Source of the DNA: Basidiobolus meristosporus CBS 931.73
Lineage: Eukaryota; Fungi; Basidiobolomycota
Assembly (NCBI GenBank): GCA_002104905.1
Contig: MCFE01000526.1
Span: 1 to 61,909, forward strand
Direction: 5' to 3'
Length of the DNA: 61,909 nucleotides
Shown here piece by piece: positions 37,807-52,220 of the stretch. How positions within the stretch are numbered: position 1 is the first letter of the stretch; each line of letters begins with the position of its first letter. The notes under the pieces were generated by a model. The model was not told where the DNA came from, ran no database searches, and worked only from the letters and a program-made list of their open reading frames with translations. Both the position numbers and the translations under genes were made by a program.

Positions 37807-40631
37807 CTGGTAATCTGCGACTTGGGCGCTATAGAACCTATTTGGGGTTGGTACAAAGGCTTGAATCGATTTGCCCCAAACGAACACTTACACGAGCGTC
37901 AAGTGTGATGAGCACGAATAATTTAATGGGTATAATTTCAACTCAGCAATCAAGCCTCAGATGAAATGTATACGGTTGAATGGACTATCCGAGTTCCAGT
38001 TGGTTGAGAATAAATAGGAGGGGAGGCTAACCAACGAACAAGGGAAGCACTTGCAAAACGGAGGATTGGGAAGTATCAAAGATCGATTATCCAGCACTGA
38101 TCTTTGATTCAAGTGAAAACGAGCGTTTTCCGATAGTGGAGGGAGACTCAAAATCGGGTGGGACCAATGCGCGCTATTGTTATAAAGGTCGATGGTGAGT
38201 CTTCTATAACAGCGCGAGAGATGCAATCCGAGAAGATGGGGAAGAGCCTCAAGGATTGGTGAAGAAATAAGGATGAAAAACGAGGTGAGAGAAGGATTAA
38301 AGCAAATGGACAGTGAGAGATCCGTTCGTTAAAATACCGCCACTCGATTGAGATTGGGAGAAAATCAACTCAATATATGATTGCATGAAACCCTGCTTAT
38401 ATGCATGTAACAAAACACAAATGAATTTTACCTATTTGGTCTGGTTGTATGCTCCAGTTGGATGAAATATTTCCAAAAACCATGACATTAACATAGAGTT
38501 TAAATGAGCCAGTTCCTAATCAGGGTAGACTCATAACATCAAAAGCAACTTAATATCTATTTCTTGATGTATCCAGGCCTCTGATAGCAGCTAGCAACCA
38601 CCTCGTTAATCCCATACTCATTCGGATAACGGGGCCCTCCATTGGCTAGGTCTCACTCTAATACACACATTAGTACCACAATATATGTTTGGCAACGGAT
38701 TACCATATGAAATACTGGTCTGAGAATGATTAAGATATTCTTGATTCTCGGAAAAAATGTCGTTGCTGCTTATTCTGAGACAGCACGTTGATGGCTGCTC
38801 TTAATGCTTGATGGCCCTGGCCAGTATTCGTTGCAGGTGAAGTAACAAACATGCTGTGTGTGATAGAAGCTTACAGCGACCGAGAGGCTTTAGCCTGGCA
38901 AGCCCGGACCACTCCATAAGCCTTAGTAGTACCAGGATCAGCCGATGCACATTTATTCCCGGGTACTCCAAGAAGCCTTGGTTATAGCAACAACCACAGA
39001 CAAGAATGGCTGCTCCATTCCCAGAGCCTAGTCACAAATGGGAAGCTAGGCCTGTTTCCGGCACTCGGCGTCGTCGTTGGTGGATGGTTAATCCTGTGCC
39101 ACGCCTCATACCTGGGTACCGGTTGTCAGACCTGAAAACACTCGAACTGAAAAGGTCCCGATTTTTGTAAGATCTTCAAATGCGCATAAATCAAACAGTG
39201 TGCCAATCACAATATTCGGTGGAATGGAATGCATATTTGGCTTGAATTGGCTTGTTAAACAACGATGTGATGTGCTCGTTGGATGTGGGACTAAATAAGT
39301 GCGTGTTAGGTCACTGGGGAACTCCCACTTGAATATATCAAATCACTAGAGTCACGGAGGATTAAGAGTGATAATCTGAGATTAAGGTGCCTATGATGAA
39401 AGGCAATTAGCCCCACCAGCCAATCACCGCTGACCACCACAATGCATCATTATAGCAAAGCAATTGAAACTTTATTAATCTTCAATTAAGACTCATTCCA
39501 GGTGGGGTCGAAGTGAATGTTTACATAAAGTGGATCTTGATAAGAACAATTCAAGGGGTTGAGAGGGTGTAGCCCAGTGTAGCCTAGCCGTAGTGTAGCT
39601 AAGTTTGGGTCTTATGGCGACAGTGAATATTGGGTGTTGCTTGTACTCAGCATATTGCATGATCGGTGAACCTCATAGCATAAATGGCGCTCCGTCGATG
39701 CTTCTAGCTAAGCGCTGCAGGTTAAAGAAGACCCTCAGCTGTTTTAAACGACCATGACCACATATATTATAGCGACATACTTGGCCATCTTTTTCCATGG
39801 AGGATCGGAGAGAACCGAGGCTTCACGACATGTGTGAGTGAAAGGGATGGCTGCTATGTATCAGAGAATCCCGATGGTATATTACTTCTTTTGTTCTCTC
39901 AAAATAGAGTACTCGCAACGATGACACTTATAAGAAATCCGTGTAACATGTTTACATAAATGCGTATTTTAGTAATATTCGTCAATGGAAATGCGCTCTT
40001 TGTATCACTTCCTTTCTACGCTCTACGGCTGCAAATCTCGCGTAATCTAAAGTGCTCTGATTTTTCCCAGCCTATTCTATAGGCCCAAGCATCATCCTTT
40101 GCTCAATGTGTTATTCTGTTCTGTTGTGATTCGCCAATATGGTATGAGACGGGAAAAATATAAATTTGGAGTAACAAGGGCATAGCCAACCTAATCGAAA
40201 GTTGAAGTTGTTGGGATGTGGTGTTGTGGCTGTATATGGTTACGCCCACAATGGGGAGTCTCGACAACCTCACAATACATATGTATATCAATAGAACGCA
40301 TTCCTTTGTTTGAACAGATTTAATGAGCTTCAATAGAATTCCATAAACTAAAACGGAAAAAGATACAACGAATTATTGATATCCTGTGGTAAACTGGGCG
40401 TGCTAGGGCAGAGGTGCAAGGTATATAAACGACAGAAGGAATAGAGGCGGTGTAGAAGTTCAAATATTGTATTACAAAACGTGAGAGTGAGAAAGTAACA
40501 ACTATGGCTTTTTAAAATTATGACTATGAGGGATTGGAAGAGTATTAAACTAGAGGTACAATGGATACGAGGCATCGAACACCAGACAACCAGCAACGGC
40601 CGACATAATGCTTTCGTACGTTGATTGTCTT

Positions 40632-41954
40632 TCATTTAAATGCTTGTGCCTTTTCACAGTAAGGTAGGCGCATGTTTTGCGCCTTTTCAAGCTTCTTCTT
40701 ATCAGTCGGAAATATCCAACTCTTGGCTTGCCTAATAGCTTCGTCCTTTCTTTGCCTCTCTTGGTTGCATTCATACACCAGGTAGCGATAGTACTGGCTT
40801 TCCACATTTTCCTCAAACTGTCTCAGCTTTGAATTGTAAGCGGTATTAGAAAATACGCTGTGAAATTCCCGTGGTTCGACAAAATACTCCACATGGCGTT
40901 TCCGAGTCTCCCGTCTGTGGTTGAAGTGACCAGTCAGATCAAAAGAGAAGTCAGGATCAGGTGTACCGCTGAACAGAGAGGAGAGAATGGAGAAGAGGAA
41001 AAGAAGGAAAAACGGTAGAAGCTTAAGGTAAGTAAATGTATCCGAATCAGAGGCAGCTCCCCGGTGCGCATATTGAGGTCTTTGGTATTGGCGATGATAG
41101 CGGACGCCATCGTGGCCCATAAAGGTAGATGCTGGGAACCCTATTATTCATCGCAATTGAGTATCTCTCAATACTTAATCGTCAATAGTTTGAATTACCT
41201 CCTCCAAAAAACATGTTGAATAATTGCTCCGGGTTAATCTCATCTTCAAATTGATATCCACGGGTATTGCTTGAGAAACCTCTTGCTCCTGAGCTCCGAG
41301 ATTCAGGATCACAACCTGATTGATCGAACACCCTTCTCTTGTCGCTGTCACTCAGAATGGTAAAAGCTTTGCTGATAACTGGATAACAACTCATTAGCCC
41401 ACCAATAGTGCAGACAGGGAGCTGCAGTGTACTTACGCTTGAATGCCTCATCTGCTCCGGGAGCCGAGTTTTTGTCTGGGTGGAACTGTAGTGCAAGCTA
41501 AACATAAAAGAATAATTGTTATTGCAGGCAACACGCGCTTTCAAGGCCAACATGGGCGTACCTTTCTATAAGCCTTTTTAATCTGTGCTTCAGTGGCTGA
41601 TTTTTCTATTCCAAGAATGGCGTAGAAATCGTTAGGATTGCAGGCCTTTATCTTCTTCACTGCCTCCACCTGCTCCTTTGTGTATGCCTTTGTCTGACGA
41701 CCAGAGGTAGACTCGGCTTTTGGATTGTTGGGAATAGAGGTTTTTGGTCCCGCGGCAGCTTCGTATGCAGGAGGAGGGCTGGAAGGCTCATCTGAGGATT
41801 GCTCCACTTTCAGGAGGAATTTCTCCGCCTCTGTGGTTGGGTAAAGAGCGATCGACTTTCTGGCAAATTTCAATGCGCTTGCTCGATTGCCACCGTCGAA
41901 ATGTTTCTTTGCGATGTCCAAGCAACGCGACGCCTCGTCTTTGTTGACCTCCAT
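40632..41954 (-). CDS. HLJ1: ER membrane J-domain protein (Hlj1/DNAJB12-like), 4 exons
   Basis: MEVNKDEASRCLDIAK N-terminus; J domain with LALQFHPDKNSAPGADEAFK; EDEINPEQLFNMFFG; TM helix; DUF1977-like C-terminus. Confidence 0.93.
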
Positions 41955-42708
41955 AGTATTTTAAGATAAGTAATGTCAAAGATAACGATTTGAGCACCCA
42001 AGTTCCTGAAATAATATAAATCCAAACTTGTGAGGGATATTGAGGGGTATTGGCCAATTAAAAAGTAACAACCAAGTCATCATTTCGATCATTCTTATCA
42101 ATATTTTTTTCTATTCCACCACTAAACGCAAACCATTGCGGAATACGAAGGGGAGAAACGAACGTAGCTGAGTTATTCCAGAAGTTCCTAGAAATCCTGA
42201 ATGTTGATTATTCAGATCTTGATGGTTTGCAATACCACATGATTCCAATCAGAAAAAGCCCCTCTCCAATCAACAACCATCTGCCACTTAAATGGTTTAA
42301 GCGTCTCATTATTCTCCCAGTCCAGTAAAGTTGGACACGTTGAACAGCGCTGAATAGTCCATCTAATTCCAATGCCTCCCTTGTGACCTTCGGAACATAA
42401 GCTCACCAATAATGGAACTCTAGGCCTGGCTCCTCACAACTTGAGTACCCATCCTGATTAAATGTCACGGTGAAAAACGCTTTATCCCAGGGCTTGCCCG
42501 CACAACAATTGGTTAAACACTGGTGCATGAAGCCGATATTATGGTGGGATGCGTACTTTGAAATGGATGCATCTGCCTCGAGAGAATCCATTCCATACTC
42601 ACAACAAATCTATACAATTCCCCAACTCGAATCATGCCAAAAGTTACATGTAGCAGGCTATCGTTTTATTACTTGTTGATAACTATGGTTATAAGTCGAA
42701 TCAACGAA

Positions 42709-43235
42709 TTAGGCAGAGGCAGCCTTGGGGGTTTGCTTTTGAGCTTGAGTGCCTTCACGGAAGCCATTCTTGAAGCGACGAGAGACCTCCTTGAGGTATC
42801 TCATGCGACCAGTACCAGTGGTCTTTCTGCGCTTGGCCTTTTGACCCCAGTTGAAGCTTCTGATCTTAGCAGCAGGGTATCCGCAGCTGGCGCAGGTCTT
42901 CTTTTGGTTGTGGAAGGAGCGCTTACCACAGCGGCGGCAGAGAGTGTGGGATTTGGTGTGACGCTTACCGAAACTTTGAGTACCCTTAGTCTATAGGGTT
43001 GCAAATAGTGTTGGTTATTATGTTAACGTGATTTTAACAGAAGAACGACCCCGATAAAGTAGAGTGGTCGAGGTTGGTGCGCCAACAGTGGCTCTATCTA
43101 TTCTCAGAGATTATTCCATCCATTTCACTCGAGGTTGATGCCTTTTTCAAGGCCACTCTGTAGCATACAGTGACTCTTGGCATAGAATATTTCTCACTTT
43201 AGGGCACTGACTGAACGAAAAGAGATACATACCAT
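42709..43235 (-). CDS. RPL37: 60S ribosomal protein L37 (eL37); exon 1 is ATG only (43235-43233), intron 43232-42991
   Basis: [68 protein letters not shown]. The ORF track misses this frame. Confidence 0.97.
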
Positions 43236-45515
43236 GATGAACGAATGTAACTATCAAACGACTGCAAAGGGAGCGAGGGAGAGGGAGCTTTAATGATGAT
43301 GCTATTGATAGTTTTAAGATTTAACCCATGTTGACTGAATGGTGATGGAAAAATTTACTATCTTGTGATTGGATGGGCCTTTGCCAGATAGATCTGCCAA
43401 ACGGCACTTGATTGATTTGACAAATGTTTTTTAGTAACCCGAACATCATTAGACTTGCTTATTGACTTCATTATCCCAAACTTGACTAGTGTACCAATGC
43501 TAGATAGTTCGGGGCATTATTGCTGTTGGGACAAATATGTCCACTTATTTGAGGAATGCCTACAAGCCAACTACACGTAGACACCATTTCTTCAAGAGGC
43601 ATGTTGGCCATCACCAATAACTATTTGAGGAGGAGGTTGGTCATTCACACCAGTTGCATTTCATCATCATCTATTTCTTATTTGTGATATATGTTGGCTA
43701 AAGTTCAGGCCAAGCTTCGCAGACAACCAGTATATGCAGTGCCCCAATCACCGCTATATTTTCTTGCCTTTTAAGGGCATTCTCTTCAGAGTTGCCGGGT
43801 ATTCAAGCGAATCCTCGAAATGTTTGAGCCATGTCTGGCCCACTGGGTTGAAATGACTTAAAATACCCAGTTAATGGATACTAGTTAATAGAAGCCACTG
43901 TTATTTCTTGAAATCTCAGGGCGTAGTAAGTTCCGACATTTGGGGACTATCAATATTCGGCCGGGAAACTAGTAAGTTGTATTTATCCGGATTTGTCATC
44001 TAGTTATAGGAAAATGCTAAATCTCCGAGGTTTGGGAGGGATGGCGGGTTTCTAAGGCATGGGAAACTTGTAATCAAGGATAGCTTACCAAAAGGGTGCA
44101 CAATGGCATCTCTCGTGATGCTATTCGGGTGAAAGCACAGAGTTAGAGCTACTAAGCAGAAAGCGTAACATGAAGATTCAATCTTGGCCAAGACTCATGG
44201 CTACACGACCTATCATGATGCTTTATTCCTCAATAGGTGGAGGTTGGCCCCAATGCGAGTTAACCGCTGCCATACTTGGCATTGGAAAGGGCAAAGTAAT
44301 TCGTCAGTTCGAAGTCAACCTGAATGTGATGAGATTAATGCAGGCCCGATATAGCAGAAATATTCCGATTGCTCAGTTCGTGGGCGAATCAAGATTGGTA
44401 TCCATATCATGAGACGAGCACCCTGCTCCTTCATTGGAAGAGTGATCGTGTAACTTGATTAGGGAATCGTCATTCATAGATAAGAGGGCTATACCACATA
44501 TCCACTGGACACCCCGATCCTCTTGGATAGAAGGTACTGAAATCCACACCAATGTTGGCTCTCTGAAACTAGGTGTTGCAGGGAATGGTCAGAATCAATC
44601 AGTTAGACACAAGGTTCCATATTGGATATGGGGTTCGGCCAAGGAAATCGACAGTCCTACCACTGTTAGATATTCCCATTCACGTCATAAATCTGCAAAT
44701 TCATTCATTCTCCAGAGGAGATACCGTAAATCCTCAACATGGTGAGAAAGCTCTTAGAGCCCAGAGGCTTGATGTACTCGGGCTAGCCTTCGTGATAGCT
44801 TGGATGTTGAATGCTTATAAATATAGATCATGGCCGATCAGATATGATCCTAGGTTTCCTGGTTTGAGAACAAATGTATTACAACGCAGCAACAATTAAT
44901 GAAGTGGCCGCATTCCAGGCTGGTATAGCTACTGGCCCCGGTGAGTAGCTCTTCGCTTGCAATCGACTCTGCTGTTGTACCAGGAGGGAGGGTGATAACA
45001 AGGGGCTGTGGAACCCCGGGGAACACCCAGGTTTCTAATCATCCGGTTGTGGATAATTTGGGCGTTTGGCACTAAAGCGCCAAATCCGTGGTTTCTCCTG
45101 ACTGAACCACCCAGTTTTAACTCATGAAATCCCACCGGATTCTCCCAGCTGGGATCTGGTGACATTCACCATCTCTCGAAATCAACTCTTTCCTATTGTT
45201 TCGTTACGTGAAAAGCTTTTATGTACACAGAAATAGTGCAGGATTGGAACAGACGATGATGGATTAAGAAGCAAGTCTGATGCGGTTATATGTACGTATA
45301 TATAGCCACCAATCTTTGTGTTGATAGCCAATGGTCTCCCTTGAACCATGTAGATATGCGGCTCTCCAAAATCTCAACCGCTGTTTTAAGGCATTCATGA
45401 ATGAGACAGGAAGGGCCCATATTACACAAATCTAAGCATAGGTACTGGGGATTGCAAGGTGTATTTGTACTGCTCCAAGCAGCAGATCGTTCGGACTTGC
45501 AGAACGGTCGGGTGG

Positions 45516-46856
45516 CTATGGGCATCCCGTATCGGTATCCCACGGCTGCCAAAGCTTGTTTGACGAACATGTATAGTTGATTGGTGGTGTGGATTCCGGA
45601 GCAATCAGGTGTTGGGTAATGAAATTTCCAGGGCAGGTTTGATGGGTGGAACCAAAATCAAAAGTGGAGTTGATAGCCTGGGAAGAGGAATTGCTTACTA
45701 ACTGTGCCTGTGCTGAATCCACTGACCCGGTGGGGAGTAGTGCATCAAAAGTGGCAGAGTATGGTGCATGGGAGGTTGTGTGGGGGTAGCCTGGCATTAG
45801 CTCTGTTTGACAGTGTGTAAGATCTGGCTCGCTGTATAGTGATCTGTCAGCTGAAATCGACGAGGGTAACCATCCACCAAAGTCGACAAGGCTGTGATGT
45901 GTGATGGAGAGGGTAGACCCATGAGGTAAGTTGGTGTAGTTATGTATCACTTCCGCTTGAATGAATGATGGTGGAGTAGGATATGTGCTTTGATGCATCA
46001 ATCCTGTGTCCTTGGTCACCATTGAGTTGCCATGAAATATGGTTGGGTGTACTTCAATAATCGGTGAGAGTTCGTTGACGTCTGCTGAGCGAGTCTGTGT
46101 CGAAAATACTGAATCACCAATACTGCCATCCAAAAAATAGCCTTCATCGACTGGACTCATCGAGTGTGCGTCGGATATAAACCGGAGAGGAGGTGTAGCA
46201 GCTAATTCAGGTGAAGTGATGTATTTTTCTCTTTCCGGAGGGAGCTCAGCGGACTTCTCCGCATGCTCAAATAGCAGCAGGCCTTCACGGCCCGCGCCTC
46301 GGTTGCTGGCTACTGTCCCTGTAACCAGCCCTGTATGACGACCAAACTTGGCCATTGTTCCGATGGGGTTTCGGTTCCTCTTTTTTATCACATCCTTTTT
46401 CAAGCTAAGCGGCCGAACGATACCATGGAGTTTTAAAAATAAGCCACAGGCATTGCAAAGTGGCTCACCATCATGCGGATTGCGACGCCAAAGTGGAGTC
46501 GTTGTTGTTTGGCAATTGGAACATCGTGAGCCATCCGATGCATCAGATCCCGGCGTAATTGATTTCCGACGTCGGTTGCTTTTCTTAGTTGAGTGTGGGG
46601 AACAGCGATGCTTTTTCTCATTACCGCTTGACCATTCATCGGTGCCATCGGAGAGGTTTAACTGCTCGAAGCTATCACCGCAACCCATCTCCGACGGGCC
46701 TTCGACGCCGAGAATTTCCATATTTTTTGTAAATCCACTACCAGATGGGGTGAGGTTTCCGATCGCACTGGTAAGGCTAGCAGAGAGTTTGGTAATGTTG
46801 TAACAATGGTTTTGGTGGAGAGGGTGTGATGTGGAATGGATACTATCACGTTTCAT
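45516..46856 (-). CDS. Second GATA zinc-finger factor with an AreA-type finger, intronless, lacking the N-terminal DUF1752-type motif
   Basis: 446-aa ORF containing [51 protein letters not shown]. Confidence 0.88.
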   Translation of the reverse strand: MKRDSIHSTSHPLHQNHCYNITKLSASLTSAIGNLTPSGSGFTKNMEILGVEGPSEMGCGDSFEQLNLSDGTDEWSSGNEKKHRCSPHSTKKSNRRRKSITPGSDASDGSRCSNCQTTTTPLWRRNPHDGEPLCNACGLFLKLHGIVRPLSLKKDVIKKRNRNPIGTMAKFGRHTGLVTGTVASNRGAGREGLLLFEHAEKSAELPPEREKYITSPELAATPPLRFISDAHSMSPVDEGYFLDGSIGDSVFSTQTRSADVNELSPIIEVHPTIFHGNSMVTKDTGLMHQSTYPTPPSFIQAEVIHNYTNLPHGSTLSITHHSLVDFGGWLPSSISADRSLYSEPDLTHCQTELMPGYPHTTSHAPYSATFDALLPTGSVDSAQAQLVSNSSSQAINSTFDFGSTHQTCPGNFITQHLIAPESTPPINYTCSSNKLWQPWDTDTGCP

Positions 46857-49369
46857 AAGAGAATGGGGGCGGGTTGTAAGAGTGGGTTGATCATCTACGA
46901 TGGAGGTACTCTGGTGCTATTTAAATGAAAGGGGCAATCATTGCACCATTGATCAGTTGGATCACTGATCCACAGGCTTTTGTGCCTGCTATGACGCTTT
47001 TCAAATCTCTTCAATCCTAATATTGCATATAGATATCCCTTGATAAATTTGAATCTGTCAAGGTGGTAGGTATATAGACCGTCGACTTCGGACTTACGGG
47101 TTAACAAATGAGCCACAGTTCGCTTAGCCCTGATGCCAGGCCAATGGAATCTCAGGTATCATACACTGGATAGGGGTGGCCTCAGGCTCGCCTTCAAACA
47201 ACGCCGGGTAGAGTGCGCTAACTGGCGTCGACTTGTCGCAAGTAGTAGCGACTGGACGGCTCTTCAATACACCGAAAAGTCGCTGCGCACATACGGTCAC
47301 GCCCACGAACCCCTGTTGGGTCCAGATAACAAGCTAGAATATATTTCGTTTCCAAATAATTAATTGCTTGCGTTTATCATCACACCATCTACTAGCGTGT
47401 AATATGACCATTGCTAACTCGAAGTCGAGATGAGGTTGCTATAGAGAGATTATCTAAAGCCAGCTGGTATGACAGCTATCGCATGGAAATAAAACCTAAA
47501 GCTGCTTTTATCCAAAACTGATCCAGTTATCAACCGCGTGCATGGACTATAAAGCAATGGTACTGTATTCTTGGGAGTTGGGATGATTCAAAATTTAGAT
47601 CGTAGCGAATTAGCATTTCTACGCATTGAATCACTATCTACCACTCAAACTCGAGGCCGTTTCACCAATTCATAAGTCGAGGGGCTCATGCTTGTGCTAT
47701 CAGTAACAAGATCGCCAGGCCTTGCTGTTTCATTCTTGCTTGGTTGTAGCTCCCCATTTCTATGCAAAGATGCTATTGTAGGCAGTCTACGAGTAGCGCC
47801 CAGCGGTGAAACTCATGTGATCTCATACTGAGTTATGCCAGCATCTGTAGGACGACCACCGGTTATGTTTAGTTCCGTATGTCTGCTGGTGAGGATCTTT
47901 CCAATGGCTCTGTGGAGGTAGAGGGATATGGTGTTCCCAGGTTGGGATCCATCATCATATCTTATCAGCAGTAGAGACTTGGCAGCGAAGGAATATCGAT
48001 GAAACGGGAAACACGATCTGTGGGAGCACCAGGTTTTGTATTGGATTGTTAGGATCAACAAAGATTGACCCTTTAGGAAGTATAAAACCGAAACTTTCAT
48101 CACTTCAGGAAAGCTATTCCTTTTGGTGCCGCTCGTGGTGCTTCTGGGACTACCCAAAGCATCATATGAGTGTAGATCTATCGTGCTACGTTCCAAACAC
48201 CTTTTCAATTTAGTTACAGGAACCTGGCATTAATCGGGTTGAGTGAAACCTCGTCATGGAGAAGTACAATTTCCGTGTGTTATGGAGCAGCGGCGTCCGA
48301 TTGGAAGGGAAGTTTGACAGTAGCAATTGTAGTAGCGGCGGATATAATTTGCTGATTCTCACGAAATACTCTGCTACTAATTGGCATTGATTGTACCCTT
48401 GGGATTACCAGATCTGAGTGTAAATGCAGAATGATGATTCGCCGATATGAGCCATCGCTGCTAGATTAGGTTTCAAGCAAGAACACACCAAGGCGCTCTT
48501 GGGCAGTCCATATGGTGGGTACTCTAGCATATGGCTGAGGGTGAGGAGTCTCCATTGTTCAGCCAGAATGGCCTTGTCATTTTTAAGGGATTTCAGACGA
48601 GTGAGCATCTAATTCCCCATCTTACCGATATATACAGTTTAGTGTGGTTCTTTGTGGGTGAAGTAATGCTACTATTCTGGACATTGCCACACGTTCCCGA
48701 TTCGTCTTATAGTACCGCTATATGTAGATGGGGTACTGGTCGGGGATCAAGGCTTCCAAGTTTGCTCAGGTATTCCGCAATTGGATCCCACCTGAGTAAT
48801 CTACTGAAGGGTGAATGCTACTGATGCCTTACCAGAGTGGTACATCACCTCTGTGAGTAATCAGAACACCAAGTGTAGTGGTCCTGACAGAACTGTCCAG
48901 AGGAGAATTATTCCAAGATCTACATAAACTCAGTGGCGTAAGCCTAAAATAGAAGTTGACCGTACAGTCATTATTTGGGTACCCTTTTGGCCCACATGGT
49001 ACGTAAGCATCCTGCAACATATTAGCAGCCGTCTAGAGAAACCACAGCATCACCAATGAAAGGAACACAAGGGTTGGTGCTCACAGACTAATGTGAGCAT
49101 ATTGATAGCCCCTGTCTGGATACTTCAAAATCTCTACTACCAAATAGATCAGCATAATACACAGCATTTGGTCAATACTGCTTCACATCAAAGAGCCTCC
49201 AGTATAAATGATACGTTGTATAACCAGGGAGTGTCAATAGAGAAGGTTAATCAAGGGTCAGATGGTAGTATAATATACATAGAGGATACTGCCAACTTGC
49301 CAATAAAAAATATTTATATATATGATACTTGTGAATATAGATTGCCGCAATTTGCATGGAGTTAGCAAC

Positions 49370-51103
49370 TCAGCACGGGCGGGAGAAAGTGATTTGGTTG
49401 GCCGGAGTATCTGGATTTTCTTCACTAGAATCAGGTTCGGCGCCAATTTCTTCGGCGTAAGCTTCAGATTCAACGCGTGAGCTAGACTCCAGCGTTTGCA
49501 TTGCATGCATGATATCATTGACCAAGCGATCGACCATCTCCTCTGTTAAACTCTCCCTCACAACCACTCGAATGATTTCTTGGTCATCACAGCTAACAGG
49601 AAGCTTATATGATGGCAACATCCAGTAGCGCATTTGTAGCAACCCAGACACAGCTTTCTGGCGCACATGTGGGTTCGCCTCTTTGAAGCTCTTAGATAGC
49701 TTGAAGGCTACAAGTGGAAGCCCCTCATGGAAATCCTCGGCTTTCTTGACCTCCTTTTGTTCATCCTTTTTGATATGAATACCGGAGACCAGCTCAAAAT
49801 AGCCCGATTTCTCCAATGAAACGGAGAGCAATCTAGCGTTCTGCAGACAGGTTTCCATAATCTCGGTATATCCCTCGATACCAAGACGAAGGAAGTTGTA
49901 GTATTGAGAAATCACAAAGCAGGCAGGTCTAGAGAAATTCAAGGTGAAGGTTTTTTCTGTGCCACCAAGGTAATCCATCTCGAATATCAAATCCTTGGGA
50001 AGATACTCTTCGCCTCGCCAGAGAACCCAGCCAACACCCTAGCAACAAGAGTTAGCCTAGGAATAATTAAGAGCATACGCCACTTCTTACCGGATACGAA
50101 AGACCGAACTTGTGCCCGCTAGCATTGATACTAACTACACGTGGAATGTCAAATGACCATTTGAGGTTTGGAAAGGTAAAGGGCGCAATAAAGGCGCCCG
50201 ATGCTCCATCCACGTGGATTGGCACGTAATTGCCGGACTTCTTTTCGTACTCGTCTAGTAGTCCTGCCAAGCGCTCAATAGGCTCGAAGTGGCCCGTGAA
50301 GGTTGAACCTAGAATGGCCTACAGAAAAGCAATTCAGATACTGCAACAATATACGTGGTTTTATGCGAGTCGATCCTACATATACACCAATAGTATTCTC
50401 ATCGCAGAGCTTGACCACCTCCTCTGGATCTGAGACGTAGTTGGATTTCTCGGTGATTTTGACGACCCGAGGCTCCACATCAAAATATCTGGCAAACTTC
50501 TCCAGCGCAACCTGGGCGTTGGCACCAAAAACGATATTGGGCTTTGATGTATCTTTGCCAGCTTTTTCCCGGCGTTCCTTCCATTTCCATTTCATCGCCA
50601 GTCCTCCTAACATCACGCCTTCGGAAGACCCGACAGTAGCAGTTCCAATCGCTTGCTGACCTTCAGGTACGTTCCAAAGATGGGAAAGAATTGAAATACA
50701 CCTTTCGTGGATCAGCTGGGTCCCAGTTAGCTCCTCTTGATTAACAAAGTTTTTTGGGAGAGATTCCATGATGAGCTTCTCTGCCTCGGGCTCCATCCAA
50801 GTGGTTAAAAAGGTCGCACAATTCATCAGAGCCCTGCCGTCAAGTTCCATATCATCCTTGCAGATGCGATATACAACGCTAGCTGGCGTAGATTTGGCCG
50901 GCATTTTGAACTAGAGTGGTGGTATATTGGTCAAACAGACGCTTGGAACAGTGTACACGTATATCGCTTACCTTGGGGATTCCTTCGGAGGCGTACCTTG
51001 TCCCGTACGCAAAAGAATGCATATGCGGCTCTTCACGAGCGACGATACCCGCTCTCGATTCTTCCACTAATCGCTCTGGGTTAATGTGCTTCTTCAACGA
51101 CAT
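49370..51103 (-). CDS. GAD1: Glutamate decarboxylase (PLP-dependent, group II), multi-exon
   Basis: [50 protein letters not shown] (PLP Lys) and TFTLNFSRP. Confidence 0.95.
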
Positions 51104-52220
51104 TGTATTTCCTAGTGAATAGGTAAGGTATGTAGGTTGAAGTGCTCTTATAATCAACAGAAGGTTCGAAATCGGGCTACGTCACTGGATGCTCAAATTG
51201 GATGGCTTATTACGAAGACATCTACGTAACTGTAGCTCCACTACTAGTAATGGGCTTTGGAAGGATCAGCAAATCGTAGTTTCGCCAACTGACGTACGCC
51301 CATATAGTTAGGATTGAGTGACTACATGTGGATGTTTGAAAGTCAGCATTACGAATGCAACTTTATATTATAATGCCCATGATTCACGATCCTCGCAAAT
51401 CATGTATTTCGTCAATCTAGTGTCAGGTTTCATGTCAACCCCATCCTAGCTTCGTTGCCTTGGAATATCGGAGCCCTATCGGTGTTGATAGTATCCTTGA
51501 TGGATCTTTGGATGATTCTCTTGTGTTCTTGTCAAGTCTGAATGCATAGTCATCCGATTCCCAATTCAGAAGGGGCCTTCTCCCGTCCGGTGTTTCTTTT
51601 GAGCCATACCGAATATCCTATTTGTTTCGCGGTAGGACCCTACGGATGCCCACATCTCCACTCCAGAGCCATTACCGGACGCTATAAATAACGCTCTGCA
51701 AGTACTGGCGCGGAAAGTCCGTCGAGCCATTCCCAGTGGACACGTCAAGAGCTTGGCAGTGGTACAGCCGTTCGCGGCCCATATGGTAGTCATCCCTTCA
51801 TGTTCCAATCCCTCATCAGTTGCACTTTTCACTCTGTGTCATGACAATATCTACTATTTTGGAAATTTCTGTCACACGCCTAGTTTCCATATCCAAGTCG
51901 TTGATCTGGTCAGGTCAGGTAAAGTTCACTCATACAACCTAGGCAATAAATTCAATGTCTATCAGCCGGATCATGAATATGACTCGTAGCAAATTACCAT
52001 TGCATAGAACCACATACTTCCTGACCATTCATGTGCTGGCCTAATAGATGATAATCTTGTTGATAGCAGATTCATCAAAGGTCCTCCCAGACTACATATT
52101 TTGGGATCAGCATCTAGAGTATTAGATTACTTGAAATCCTTCTATTTGGCAATTGATGTGCAGGTATGAGATTAAGTACTTTTTACTGCAAGTTTTTGGG
52201 GGAGCATTAGGGGTGATTTG

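Noticed and set aside
38820-39180. GC-rich intergenic stretch scanned for a TPP riboswitch, snRNA, SRP or tRNA
   Set aside because: None of the diagnostic motifs could be assembled by eye. An Rfam search would be needed.
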